DNA of 64,000 nucleotides from Balamuthia mandrillaris (taxonomy: Eukaryota). The stretch lies in assembly GCA_031835245.2 (NCBI GenBank), contig JAVKOQ020000075.1:1-64000 (forward strand), in the 5' to 3' direction. Shown one piece after another: positions 1 to 12,043 of the stretch. Position 1 is the stretch's first letter; each line of letters begins with the position of its first letter. The notes beneath the pieces are model-generated. The model made no database searches and had not been told where the DNA came from. It worked only from the letters and a program-made list of their open reading frames with translations. A program made the translations under genes and the position numbers.

Positions 1-5
1 GCTGA

Positions 6-274
6 ATGGCAGGAATGTGCAATGACTGTAATGCCTATGTTCCTCGTGGGAGTGGTTTTCAATGCACCAAGTGCCATGGTTTCCAGCTGTGCAACAACTG
101 TGATATGTTTGGTCGTCGGTACGTTACTTTGTTTTCTTCTCTCGCTCTCTTCTCTCCGCTCGTTTTCTCCGTCCTCACGGCTCTCTTGCTTTCTCTCTTT
201 CTCTCGTGCTTTTGGAATGAAGCTGGCACCACCGTGCAGTTGCAGGCCCAGAGCATAGCTTTGATAGCTATTAA
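6..274 (+). CDS. ZZ-type zinc finger protein (small, or the 3' end of a gene starting upstream); 2 exons
   Basis: Reads CNDC..CTKC..CNNC. After an intron (~119-222) the frame continues WHHRAVAGPEHSFDSY* (TAA 272-274), supplying the His ligands. Confidence 0.6.
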
Positions 275-445
275 GTCGTGTATGTAGGTGGCACTAAACC
301 AAACGCTTAAAAACATTTTTTTTTTTTTTTACAAAAAGTATCCAACAGTCAGCAGTGCACCACATTCGTTGAGGCTTCCTTAGCAACAGGAATGCAGCCA
401 GTTGTGCAGTGGAAAACTAACAAAACAAAAGAAAGCAAACCACAT

Positions 446-1504
446 TCAACCCCAAATGGCTCTAGAAACTCGGTTGAACCAACTATCCTCCTGTTGGTAA
501 GCCTTATCCGATCCAAAGTGAGCTCCGTGCTGCACGATGCTGCCAAACTTGCTGTGTGCCCTTCTGTTGAGCACATCCTCCTTCCTCAAATACTGAGGAG
601 AGGACACCTCTTTCTCCTCTTCACCGAGACTGGGCACCATTCCTGTGTTTCTGATTGCGGCAAGAATGACCTCCACACTCGTCATGGTCCTAATGATGGC
701 TCTCTTCGAGTACACGTCGATCAGGAAGGAGATCACTCCCTGAACTTGCACCAGCGTCTTCTCCAACAGCTCCTTCCTCGTCTCGCTGTTCAGGCCCTTG
801 ATGTGAAGGGTAAAGGTAGAGGCTGTTGCCATCCCTGTCGAGATCCTTTCTGAAAGGAAGGAGGCCAAACCAAGATTGGGAGTAGGAGCTGCGCTCTTGC
901 CTTGCTCCTTCGATGTAGAAGCAACAGCGGCAAGACCAGCAATAGGGGCGGTGGAGAACATGGCCGCTTTTCCAAGGGGCAATACTCGTTCGGTTAGGTG
1001 AGAGGGAGCGGACCCTGTTGCACAGTTGCGGATAAAGTAGCGAGTGGAGGCTAGGGTGGCAGTCTCTTTTTCTTCGATATCAGCAAAGCTACTTTCCTTG
1101 CCTTCGCTGTGCATGAATGCAGTAGAGGCAGAGGCCGAAGGAACGCATTGCAGGGTTTTGTAGACGCTGATAGCTCTCTTCTTGATCTTCGGGTTGGAAG
1201 AGAACATCAACTGTTTGAGAGCAGGCAACAAAGAGGTCTCTGACGCCAATCGTTTGCAGTGCGCCTCATCAGTGGCCAGCAATCGCAAGATGTCGACAGC
1301 AAGCAGCACTTTCTTTTCCTGCTGCGGCGCCACGTTAGGGTTACGGTTCTCTTCGTCCACATTCTCCGTCGCTGTTGCTGCATCGCCCACAAGAGCCACA
1401 AGAGCCGCAAACTCCGTCTTGGCGCAACAATCAGCAAAAAAGGTTGCTCTCTTATCCGCCACTTTCGCAGCTCCGTGCAACTTTTGTAAAATCTCTACGT
1501 CCAT
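446..1504 (-). CDS. ARMC1: Armadillo repeat-containing protein 1-like (ARM + HMA-like domain)
   Basis: Intronless ORF from MDVEILQ. ARM-like helical N-terminus, then TFTLHIKGLNSETRKELLEKTLVQVQGVISFLIDVYSKRAIIRT, resembling the ARMC1 HMA-like domain. Confidence 0.75.
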   Translation of the reverse strand: MDVEILQKLHGAAKVADKRATFFADCCAKTEFAALVALVGDAATATENVDEENRNPNVAPQQEKKVLLAVDILRLLATDEAHCKRLASETSLLPALKQLMFSSNPKIKKRAISVYKTLQCVPSASASTAFMHSEGKESSFADIEEKETATLASTRYFIRNCATGSAPSHLTERVLPLGKAAMFSTAPIAGLAAVASTSKEQGKSAAPTPNLGLASFLSERISTGMATASTFTLHIKGLNSETRKELLEKTLVQVQGVISFLIDVYSKRAIIRTMTSVEVILAAIRNTGMVPSLGEEEKEVSSPQYLRKEDVLNRRAHSKFGSIVQHGAHFGSDKAYQQEDSWFNRVSRAIWG

Positions 1505-1825
1505 CTCCCTCGCTTTTTTACCCCCTTTCCAACACTGTCTCTTCGGTTTTGTCCTCCGTCTATGTCTCTGTTGCTTGTCTGAGCAAGGGAACAAAAGCGA
1601 AATAAGCGCGTCGGTCGGTAGGACAAGGGACGGGAAGGGAAGGGGAAGGTGGGGAGGTGCTACCTTTTGTGGGGGGATAGATCTGCCTTTCGCTACCCTT
1701 TTTTTCTCTCTCCTCAAACCAAAAAAAAAAATGGGGTTTTGATTTTCTTCGTTGTAACGGTCGCGAACGGCAGAAAAAAAGGCGGGAAATATGCACAGAA
1801 TGTTTGGAATGTTTTCAGGTCGTCG

Positions 1826-3135
1826 TCACGAAGAGAGAAGATAGCGGAGCAACTCAGCAACCACCCGGATGTTTAGACTGTTTCCTAACACTTGGTATTG
1901 CTGCCGTAGCGTGACGCCCTCCGGGAACTCGAATCCTTCCCTGGGAAAGCCGTGAAGGTTTGCCACCTCTCTAGGAGTAAAATATCGAAGCTTCAGGTGT
2001 AACAATGAAGAAGGATCGCCAGCAATGCCATGCATGCTCTGCAGGTTTTAAGCAAAATAAGTCCCTTTATAAGATGTAGGCGAGGCAGAATGAGGAACGT
2101 ACAGGATCGGCAAGTTGAATGACACTACCTGTTCCTTCCACAAATCGTGCATAGGCCTTGGTAAAGCAACAAGACCGCTTCGATTCTCGTGTTACAATAT
2201 CTAACCATCATTTACCGAGTCAGCCATTACCATTGTAGATGTTCTCGGTGAATGAAACGTACCGAACAACATGCCCTTTCGTAACACGAGCTCGTCGGGT
2301 ATCTTGAATGCCTCATATTTTTCCTCTCCCTCTATATCCTGTTGCATATAGTCCTCAATCCTACCGCACGTTGAAAGCTCTCTTGGGGGCCGCAATACTG
2401 CCGTTTCTTCCCCAGAAATCTCTTCCTGTTCCTTGCTCTTCTCTTCCTCCTCCTCCTCTGCCTGTTCAGCAAAGGCTGCAAAAGGAGGCACCTCAGGAAA
2501 GCTCTTCTCCTTTCTTCTGGCCACAAGAAAGTATCTCAACCGCTGATTAGGAATGCCAAAGTGGGTAGGGCTGAGATGAAACTCTTGATGGTCATATCCG
2601 CAAGCCGTCAGCTGCTCCACAAGAACCGTCCTCGTGGTGGAGGCCTCAAAACCCACCACATTTTCCACCAAGAGGTAGTCCGGGGGAGAGGCCAGCCGTG
2701 GAAGAAGCCCTATGAGGTGCAGGAAGCTACGGGCACGTGGATCCTCGCTGCCACGTTGACAGCCCTGGCGGGTGTAGGGTTGGCAGGGAGGGGAGAGAAG
2801 GAAGAGATCTGCTTTGTATTTGTCTAGCTCCTTGGCTGTTACTGACTCTAGGTTCCTCTGGTTGGCAAGTAAGGTGAAGCTTGAAAAACAAGAAGGACGG
2901 AAGGAAGGGAACGAACGGTTTTAGGGAGTAAACCCAGGTTGTGGGCGTAGATCTTGTTCGCAACGAGGTTCATGTCGTAGGCGGCCACTACTTCTGCACC
3001 TTCCTTGCCCAAAGCCTCCAGTAAAGCATAGTGCAGGCCTCCTATCCCGCTATAGAACTCCACCGCACGCACCACGGCCGCTGGCACCCTCTCCTCGTCA
3101 GCATCGCCGTGTTGCTCTCTCCTGCTTGCGCGCAT
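1826..3135 (-). CDS. TRDMT1: tRNA (cytosine-38-C5)-methyltransferase DNMT2, ~4 exons
   Basis: C5-MTase motifs [41 protein letters not shown] (DNMT2 CFT motif), [22 protein letters not shown]. Confidence 0.93.
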
Positions 3136-3232
3136 CGCTCGTTGTTTTTTTTTGGCCTAGTGACGACACGAGATTCCTCTACACAAGAAATGAACAACTC
3201 CTGCAGCCACAGACCTGATTGGCGGCGGCAGG

Positions 3233-4009
3233 ATGGAACGTTCGCAAGCAGGAACACCGCCGCCGCCGCCACCACAGGAAAAAGAAAGCGGAGAGGAAGA
3301 CCAAGCAGGCCCCGCCGCCGGCGAGGAATGGCTGGAAGAGCTAATGGAACCACCAGAGCTCATCCCTGGGACCAGCGACGATGCGGATGAGATAGTGCCT
3401 GGGCTGTGGCTCGGCAACTCGGAGGCTGGTCGCCGCGCCGACAGGGACGGACGGCAAGCGGTTGTGTGCTGCATGGCCGAGGCCGAGAACAGCCGCCACT
3501 GGCAACAGCTCCACGATCGCTACCGCCTCCAACAAGCCATGGACGTGCTCTTGTTGCCCATGAACGACGGGAGCAACGGCACGCTGCATCCCTTTGTCCA
3601 GAAAGGAGCCACGTTCATCCACAACCAGCTCTCTGAACACAAACGTAGCGTCCTTGTCCACTGTTCGATGGGCAAATCGAGGAGCACGAGCATGGTGGCG
3701 GTCTACCTCATGAAGCATCGCGACATGTCCCTCCGTGATGCCCTCACTCTGATCCGCCGGAAGCGCCCATGGGCCTACCCTCTGCTCAAGTTTTGGCTTG
3801 AGCTGCTGGACTTGGAGAAAGAGATCCAGGCAGATGGAAAGGAGAGCTTGCCAAGGGAGAGAGTGGCGAGGTTGCACGCCGAGAACAGGTCGCAGACTCC
3901 ACTTCGGACATTGCTATCGATGGGGTTCGGAGAGGCCTCCGCTACTTTGGCCCTTCAACAACACAATGGGGATCTCCACGCTGCCACTCTTTCTCTTTTG
4001 TCTCAATAG
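3233..4009 (+). CDS. Dual-specificity protein phosphatase with C-terminal UBA domain
   Basis: EIVPGLWLG and catalytic VHCSMGKSRS. C-terminal LLSMGFGEASATLALQQHNGDLHAATLSLL is a UBA (MGF motif). Confidence 0.88.
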   Translation: MERSQAGTPPPPPPQEKESGEEDQAGPAAGEEWLEELMEPPELIPGTSDDADEIVPGLWLGNSEAGRRADRDGRQAVVCCMAEAENSRHWQQLHDRYRLQQAMDVLLLPMNDGSNGTLHPFVQKGATFIHNQLSEHKRSVLVHCSMGKSRSTSMVAVYLMKHRDMSLRDALTLIRRKRPWAYPLLKFWLELLDLEKEIQADGKESLPRERVARLHAENRSQTPLRTLLSMGFGEASATLALQQHNGDLHAATLSLLSQ

Positions 4010-4098
4010 CGTTTCGTTGATGGTATAGGCGGCTTTTGTTGCTGGTTATGCTAACATTTCTTTTGTTATTGTCTTTGTTCGTTACTTTGTTGCAAGCG

Positions 4099-5922
4099 TT
4101 AACCGCGGCTTTGATGTCGTTGAGGTGGAAGATGATGACGAGGAAGTATGCAACTGTCACAGACACCCCACGCCAAGCATGCCGCAACAGCGAACAAGCA
4201 CAGCAAAATGGCAAAGAAGCATCCCAAAGCGATCCGCAACAGCTGCTCCATTTGTAGACAAAAAAGCCCACCCTCCTGCGACGTCAGGCAGGTCGTGCCA
4301 CTGAAAGCACTTTCCGAGCATGAAACCGACCAACTCGTGGGAGAGAAAGAGGATGAAGAAGATGGTGATGAAGGCGCTGATGCGGAAGAAGAATAAAGTG
4401 CAGGAGTCATTTCACAGGTCTTTGTGGTGTCGCCCATACCCAGCCAATAGTGGACCCACAGGTGGGCCATGATAGAGGCTTTGCTGCGGGACTCACGGTC
4501 ATTATGGAAGGAATTAGCGGACAGGTCCTGGCAGAGCTTGGTTCTGGCCTTGTCCATGTCAAGCTTGTCATAGTAAAGATCCTGGTCCTGTTCTGTGCGT
4601 CGTAGGAACGCCGTTTCGTTGGCCAGCTCCTCGAAGTACATTGTTGGTGGAAATATGCTTGATGCCTCTATGTCGTCTTCACGCTGAGCTTGTACAAGAA
4701 AAGGAGCACACCGAGCAGCAAAACTGTTGGTTTCGTCAAAGTAGGGATAAAAGAGCTCTGGAGAGGTCACACAAACGGGGTGCTCGTGCGAGATAGGAAG
4801 ACGGCGGTACTCGGAGAGAGCGTGTTCAAGCATACGAGGGCCTGTAATATCCACCGGATCAGTGGCAAGGTTGAGCTTCCGCCTACCTTCCTGAATAGTG
4901 CGTAGGACCTGTAACCAAAAAGGATGGCCCGGCACGCTCATCATGACAGCGTTGCATACGGTTCGAGGAGCCCCGTTCAATATAAGTGAGTGCTCGTGAG
5001 GTTCCGCTCCAAGAACACAACTACATGATCTTCCTCCGTCTCCTTCTCCTCTTCTATTTCCCTGGCTTTGCGCTTGCTCAAAGACAGCACCCATGCTCTG
5101 CTCAAAGCGGGGTTGAAAAGGATGAACGTCAAGGTCCACGTACAGCCCACCGAACAGAAACAGTGCCATGTAGCGCGAGCTATCAGCAGCCATTACGTTT
5201 GAAGATCCTCCTCTCTCGAAGCTACGCCAGGTAGCCTCGAACCAAGGGAATCGTTCCTTCATCAAGCACTCGTTGTCCTCATCGGTAGTAAAGTGGTAGT
5301 GCCAACCATTGGCCTGCAAATCCAGCCATTGTTGTTGCAGCGGAGCGGTGGCCCTGGGGACCTTCCTGCTTTTCCAGCTCTGGTGGATAAGCCTTGGGAT
5401 CTTGTGCTGCTCCAAGTCGTTCTCTTTGCCAACAAGTTCGGAGGAGGAAACGATAAATTCTTGAAGAAAGGTAGCGCATACCACGTTGCAGGTCAACGGA
5501 GGATGGCCACACGAAAACTCGAGAAAAGGCAGCCGCTTGTCGTTTGTGGTATTGCCTGGTACAGCGATGGCGTTATTGTGTTGGTCCACGAAATGACACT
5601 CGCAATAGCCAGAAGCATCACTCGGAATGGTCTCGTTGCAAGTTTTGTCAAGGAATGGCTCCGGTGGACCCCATGCCATGCATCCTGCCGTGTTCCTCCA
5701 CGAAACGCACTCCACCACCGCATTTTGAGGTACTGGCCGTTGAGATAGAATGGGGAAGGGGCGACTTCCCTCCCTGTTTAGGAGGACTACGCCGCAAAGA
5801 ACAAAGAGAACCGCCAGAAACGGCAGGAGGAGGAAAAACCTTTTGTCTTGTCTGTTTTCAGCAAGGCAAGGGGAGAGGAGAGAGGCAAAGACAGCAAACA
5901 AGAAAAGCTCACCTTTGTTCAT
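4099..5922 (-). CDS. GT32-family (DXD) glycosyltransferase with N-terminal Cys-rich module and membrane segments
   Basis: IPRLIHQSWKS, ADSSRYMAL..GGLYVDLDV, NAVMMSVPGHPFW, TGPRML; hydrophobic N- and C-termini. Confidence 0.85.
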   Translation of the reverse strand: MNKGELFLFAVFASLLSPCLAENRQDKRFFLLLPFLAVLFVLCGVVLLNREGSRPFPILSQRPVPQNAVVECVSWRNTAGCMAWGPPEPFLDKTCNETIPSDASGYCECHFVDQHNNAIAVPGNTTNDKRLPFLEFSCGHPPLTCNVVCATFLQEFIVSSSELVGKENDLEQHKIPRLIHQSWKSRKVPRATAPLQQQWLDLQANGWHYHFTTDEDNECLMKERFPWFEATWRSFERGGSSNVMAADSSRYMALFLFGGLYVDLDVHPFQPRFEQSMGAVFEQAQSQGNRRGEGDGGRSCSCVLGAEPHEHSLILNGAPRTVCNAVMMSVPGHPFWLQVLRTIQEGRRKLNLATDPVDITGPRMLEHALSEYRRLPISHEHPVCVTSPELFYPYFDETNSFAARCAPFLVQAQREDDIEASSIFPPTMYFEELANETAFLRRTEQDQDLYYDKLDMDKARTKLCQDLSANSFHNDRESRSKASIMAHLWVHYWLGMGDTTKTCEMTPALYSSSASAPSSPSSSSSFSPTSWSVSCSESAFSGTTCLTSQEGGLFCLQMEQLLRIALGCFFAILLCLFAVAACLAWGVCDSCILPRHHLPPQRHQSRG

Positions 5923-7263
5923 TTGCTGCGCACCACCAACATTAAAGGAGCAGGGCCAGGAGCGGGAGGAACCGATTCCTTCCGGCCATATAAAATCGCT
6001 GGAGCTGCCTCTGGCTTTCGCACCACGCCGTTCTCGTGGTATTTATTGCTTCGCGTCGACACGAAATTAGATGATAATACCAAAGTTGATGGTGTCGACA
6101 GACACGTCACATAAGTCTGCAAGAATAGAGTCAGCTGCATCGGAGTCAAGCAGTGACCAACCATCGACAACGGAATATGACGACATGGAGAAACAAGAGA
6201 GAATCACTTAGAACCCTCAACAGAAGAGAAAGATATAAAGGCGAGCAACGATGCTCACACACAGAGAGAAAGACTTACACTGTTACACACATATCCCCTC
6301 TTACAAATAAACACAAGGTGACGCGATCACCGTTACACCAACTTTTTTTTGGGTTCTTTTTTCTTAAAGTTGGTTGTTTGATTTTTTTTAAAAAAATAAG
6401 TTCTTTTTCACCTTGGAGAAGCTTGTTGTAAGTATGAAAGTTATTGCTAATATGAAATCATCTCCACTAAGCAACACAAGAGGCTAATTACTAGCAACTT
6501 AACCAGCAGTCCTTATGCTATTAAAAAGGGACAAACAGATAAGTAAAAATGAATTATTCTAAGAGAAAACAAGAAAACAAAGGGTGTTAAAAGGAAAAGG
6601 GGTTATATACATAAAACAAAAATGAACTAAAAGATAAAAGCAATGGAATAAAAGGAAAAAACCTAGTGACAAATGATTGGTTTACATCACAGGTGTTAAC
6701 AAAAAGAAAGGAAAGAGAATAAAGTAATAGAGTTAATATGTGCTTAGCAGCAAAATCACCTCCAATAAAAGTATATAAAACTCTTTTCCTTTGGTTAAGG
6801 ATCATTACATTTACACTGCTCTATACTGCACACTCTTTTACTTTCTCCTTGCTTTCACCTTTCTGAGCCTCTTCACGTGGTATCCTGGAGTGCATCACTC
6901 AAGCATCATCACTTATGAATGTTTATGGCACATGCCAGATTACCAAACTTGTGGATGCTCTCCCTACCTGCAGCTGTTATACTACTCTCCCATAATACTT
7001 ATCTCTATCTCTCCATGTATATATCTTTTTTTCTTTCATTTTATTAAAGGTCTTTTCCCTACACCCATCGAGTTGGTGTCCGTTAGATTATTCCCCTACC
7101 GGCCTTATCACACTTGACGACATCAGCTTACTTTTTTCTTGGTAAGTTCGGTTTTCAGGTGTTTAAGGGGGCCTGCTCCCTTTTTATCCTATAATATAAA
7201 GATGTTTACAAAAAAACCGAGTTGCTCAGTTTCTGCACAATCCCAGCTCACTAAGCTCTTCAG

Positions 7264-9435
7264 TTGTCCGCAAAAAATGCCATAAAATGTCAGGAACTTC
7301 GCCGCAGTCTGGTACAAACTCCTTCTTCTGGTGCACAGAGCGGTCCACCTTCCAGTGGTGCTATCCCTCCAGCTTCCGGCAGTCCTTCCCCTTCTACTAC
7401 TTCTACAACCCTTCCCACGGACAGACTAGACGCCATCGACCAGGCTCTCTCTGAGCTTCGCGCAAGCCAAGCGGACCACGACAGGCTCTTGGTCAAGCAG
7501 ACTAGCGACGCTTCTTCTTTGTCTGACCGTATCGACCATATCGATGCAAAGTTGGAAACTTTTGCTGACGAGCTCTCTAACGACATCAAACAAGCGAATG
7601 AGCGCAACGAAGTAGCTTTAGCGGCTCTTAACGAGGCAATCTCTCACTGCAAACCCTTTTTAAGGCCCAACTTGCAGATAAGGATAATGGTCTCGGTTCT
7701 GGGTCCAGTTCTTCATCGTCGAGTGAAGAGGAGGAAGAAAAGGAGAAGGAGAAGAGAAAACCCGCACTCAACCTTACGGCACGCCGTCAAGATTTACGAC
7801 GACGTACGGCCAAACACAACACTGGTGACAGCTTGGGCGATATTCGGCTCACGCAGAGTCTGCTTACCGCAGAAACGCTGCCGACTTTCCATGGCAAGCC
7901 AAACGAGGACCCAAACATCTTTTTGACCTCGTTCGACCGCTATGCGACCGCCGCTGGCTGGAGTCATCAGGACTATATCCTTCACTTTGAAGGACAACTT
8001 CGCGACAACGCTGACGTCGTTCGCCGCTTCCTCGAGCAAGAACGAACGAAAGGTGGAGTCCTACTAACCCCCACGGAGGCGAAAACACAGCTCCTCAACT
8101 GCTTCCGGCATCGTGACCGAGCGACTGCTAAGATCATGAAGCTTGGAAACCTCCGGATGAACGTTTATGAGTCTGTAGACGCCTGGAACTTGCGAGTGCG
8201 TACAGCGCTGCGAGAGGCTTTCCTCACGGATTTCAGCGAGACTCAGGTCTTGGAGAAGTTCGTCGCAGGCGCTGTTCCGGACCTGAAGGAGAAATTCCTT
8301 CAGCGGGAAGACATCGCTAATATGGCTGATGCCCTGAACCTCGCTAGAGACTGGGAAGGACGCAAACATGCGAAAAGGAGCTTGGACCATCGGTCAAAGA
8401 GCTCAAGGCGGGAGAAGAACAACAACGACAGCAGTTCGGGCAATGACGGGAGGAAAAAGCGACCCTTTTGCTACAACTGCAAGTCGAGAGAGCACTGGAC
8501 AAGAGAGTGCTCGGAAAAGAAACGTGTCGACCAAAGCAAGAAGAAGGATACTTTTGGCGGTGCTTTGCGGGACACAAAGGGCAAGTCTGGAAGCCAAAGC
8601 CAGGCGCCGGCCCAGAAGGACAGTGCTGGTGGAAGGACAGGATCGACGAATATTGTCGTCAAGAACGCGCGTTGTCTGCCGAGGATGACATTGAAGATCT
8701 CCGGAGGAAGGACAGTCGAGGCCGCGCTGGACTCCTGTGCCACCGATAGCTTCGTTCGAGAAACACTTCTACCCAAAGAAGTAAAAATGAGTAGCCTACA
8801 TAACGGAGATATGTGGGGAAGTGCCACTGGCCATGAAGCCGAAGGGTTACGTCACTCTTCGTTTTCGGACGCCTACTCGCGAGAACGTCAAGGCAACCGT
8901 TGCTGTCTTGGCGGAGGATGATCCGATGCCTCACGATTTTCTCATCGGCTGGGACACTTTGGAAGCACGACGACACTGGTTGCTTCTCGCTGAGAGCAAA
9001 CCTGTGGAAGGTTCGTCTTGCGACTCTGATGACGACCGAGTGTGCACCTCAGTCACAAAGGAGACCCAAGACGTCTTGGACGTTATCTACCCGGTGGAGC
9101 TTCCCACCGAGGAAGAGGTAATGACGGGCCTGAGAGAGCTCGTGAACGACGCGGACCTGGATATCGGGCAGAAAGCACGGCTTCTAGAGCTGGCCCTTGA
9201 ATTCAAGGACGTCTTCTGCTACAAGCTTCCTGAGCCGGGAAGTGTTAAACTTCCTCCCCACAAGATAGTCCTAACGGATTATACCCCCATCCGTGTGAAG
9301 CCTCACAAGGTCAGCGCCAAGGTTCAGGAGACCATCGACCTGCCACGGATGACATGCTACTCATGGGCGTCATTCGCAAATCTGTCAGCGAATGGGCACA
9401 CCCAGTAATCATCGTCATCAAGAAGGACGGAAAAC
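7264..9435 (+). mobile_element. Degenerate, 3'-truncated Ty3/gypsy LTR retrotransposon (gag, protease, start of RT)
   Basis: Gag LPTFHGKPNEDP, zinc knuckle CYNCKSREHWTREC, aspartic protease ALDSCATDSFV and DFLIGWDTL, RT start HKIVLTDYTPIRVKPHKV..GVIRKSVSEWAHPVIIVIKKDGK. Frameshifts near 7645, 8825 and 9340; the RT core is missing. Confidence 0.88.
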
Positions 9436-9455
9436 ACCTTTCTCAGCCTCCTATT

Positions 9456-9661
9456 GGTTGAATACAACCTTAGAAATAAAAGAGTTAGTGACGAGACAAG
9501 AAGTGTATTCAAGAGAATAGAAGAGGAACAACAAGAGTGAAGCTCCAACATTGCTTCAAAGTACACAGAGACAAAAGGGAAAGGGATAGGAAAAAGAAAG
9601 AAGACATAAGAATAGTGGTGCACGAGGAGTCTTGAGATCAGTGTTGGTGATTTTACCAACA
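9456..9661. repeat. Possible solo-LTR-like fragment
   Basis: Bounded by GGTTG...CAACA (near TGTTG/CAACA); flanks CTATT/CTCCT are a partial TSD; terminal hairpin AGTGTTGGT..ACCAACACT. Confidence 0.3.
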
Positions 9662-9701
9662 CTCCTTTTGCCCGACTAAAAAAAAAAAGGAAGAGGAAAG
9701 G

Positions 9702-9935
9702 ATGAGCCGCTTCACTGCCAACCAGCGCGGTGGGCTTGTTTCTTCTCTGCTGCAGCCAAATCTGCGCTACAGGCGCGGTGGCACTCGTGTCGGAACTATG
9801 CTTTGCCGGCATACACGCTCGCTGACCATCTACCCTTCTCCAGCACACTCCTCCACCCCACCCGCTCCCTCCTCTCTCCCTCCCTACAACCACAGCAAGA
9901 CCAACAACAGCCATTCCAAAACTACGAGTGGTAGG

Positions 9936-9967
<32 letters not shown>

Positions 9968-12009
9968 GTACTTGCACTCCCCCTCCAACGCGCCGCTACC
10001 ACCCCACTACGTTCGTTTTCGCAACGAGCTGCTACGCTACCTGCCGGCTTCACGCGTCATCCAGGACCCGTTGCGCACCCTGGCCTATGGCACCGATGCT
10101 AGCTTCTACCGCCTCATCCCCAAGCTGGTAGTTAATGTTGCTGGCCCGGAAGAGATCGTTCGGCTGCTGCGTCTAGCGAGGCAGCATAACATCCCACTCA
10201 CTTTCCGTGCTGCTGGCACCAGTCTCTCTGGTTTGTTTGTTGCACTTTTCCTTTTCTCCTTTCTTCTTTCTTTCTTTCTTTCTCTCTCACGCACTCTCTT
10301 TCTATGCGCCGGATTTCAGGGCAAGCAGTAACAGACTCGGTGTTGGTGCGCTTGATTCCATCCAAGTGGAGCAGTTGGGATGTGTTGAACAAGGAAGGCT
10401 CCCTCATTTCCCTCCAACCAGGCATTATCGGCGGGGATGCCAACCGCATATTGGGTTCATTCTTCTTCTTGTTTGTTCCTTTTGTTTCTTATGTTCTTTT
10501 TCACTCTTTTCTCATTCTTTTTTCTTCCCCACAACCATTCAGCGACATATGGAAAGAAGATAGGTCCCGATCCATCCAGCATCAACTCATGCATGATAGG
10601 CGGCATCACTGCCAACAACTCAAGTGGAATGTGCTGCGGCACCGCTCAAAACAGCTACCAAACCATTCAAGAGCTCATCATCACGATGTCCGATGGTGCC
10701 GTACTTGATACGAGCAGTGAGACCAGCCGTCGCAGTTTTCATCACAGTCACGCCCATATTTTGGAGGGACTGACTACCATCGCGAGACGAATTCGAGCCA
10801 ATGCGCCGCTAGCTGCTCTCATTCGAGAGAAGTACAGCATAAAGAACACGACAGGATATACTCTTAATGCTTTCATTGACTTTGAGTGTCCATTTGAGAT
10901 ACTCAAACATTTGATCATTGGCAGTGAAGGAACCCTTGCATTTATTAGTATGTCTTGATTCTCTCGTTCTCTCTTTTATATTCATATTTATATATTTCTA
11001 CAAACAGACCAAGTTGTGTTGAGGACAGTGGATGACCTGCCCTATAAAGCCTCTTCTCTTTTGTATTTTCCCAATATACGCACAGCCTGCGAGGCTGTCA
11101 CTATGCTAAAGCAGGCTCCTGTCGATGCGGTAGAACTTTTGGACAGGGCCAGCCTTCGCTCAGCAGAAAACTCTGGTTACTTCTATCTACTTGTTCATTC
11201 TTTTATCCCTTTTTCTTATCAACGGAATGTCGTGTCTACTATGCAATACAGGATTGATCCCAACGAATTTGGGTCCGGAAGTAACAGCCCTGTTACTTGA
11301 AACAAGAGCGAGAAACAAGGATGAACTTCATCGCAGAATGACTGAGGTGGAGTCTATCCTTCAGCCGCTATCGACCCACAGCGAATCATTAGGTTTCTCC
11401 ACAGATGCCAAACGTAACACACAGTTATGGGATATAAGAAAAGGGCTTATAACTACTGCAGGAGCGCTTCGTCCAGTCTCAACTTCTGTCCTTTTGGAGG
11501 ATATTGCTGTCCCGGTTTCTAAACTACCTGATGCTACCATTGAACTTCAAGATTTGTTTCAGCGTCTGGGTTATCATGGTATTAGTCGTTTCTCTCCCTC
11601 TCCCTCTCCCTCTCCCTCTCCCTCTCCCTCTCCCTCCTCTCCCTCTCTCTCTCCCCTCTCCCTCTCCCTCTCCCTCTCCCTCTCCTCTCTCTCTCCCTCT
11701 CTCTCCCTCTCCCCTCTCTCTCCCTCCCTCTCTCCCTCTCCCTCTCCCTCTCCCTCTCCCTCTCTCTCCCTCTCCCTCTCCCTCTCCCTCTCCCTCTGTT
11801 TCTGAATACGACTAAGACATGTCGTCATGCTAAAGATGCGGTAATATTTGGACACGCTCGAGATGGCAATTTGCACCTTCTCTTTGCTCAATCATTCAAC
11901 TCCGAAGAAGAAGTGTTGCGGTACAAGCATATGATGGATGAGCTTTGTTTTATTGTAGCCAAAAAATACAATGGCAGTTTAAAGGCAGAGCACGGCACGG
12001 GTTGGCTAT

Positions 12010-12043
<34 letters not shown>

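Noticed and set aside
6791..7117. Hydrophobic 108-aa ORF upstream of gag (env-like?)
   Set aside because: Non-ATG start, AT-rich composition, no recognisable motif.
8800..8850. Programmed gag-pol frameshift
   Set aside because: The shift falls inside the protease, and two other shifts plus a truncation indicate decay.
11504..11891. (SP)n/(LP)n/(RE)n ORFs, and similar SLSLSL/RERERE ORFs elsewhere
   Set aside because: Intronic CT microsatellites.
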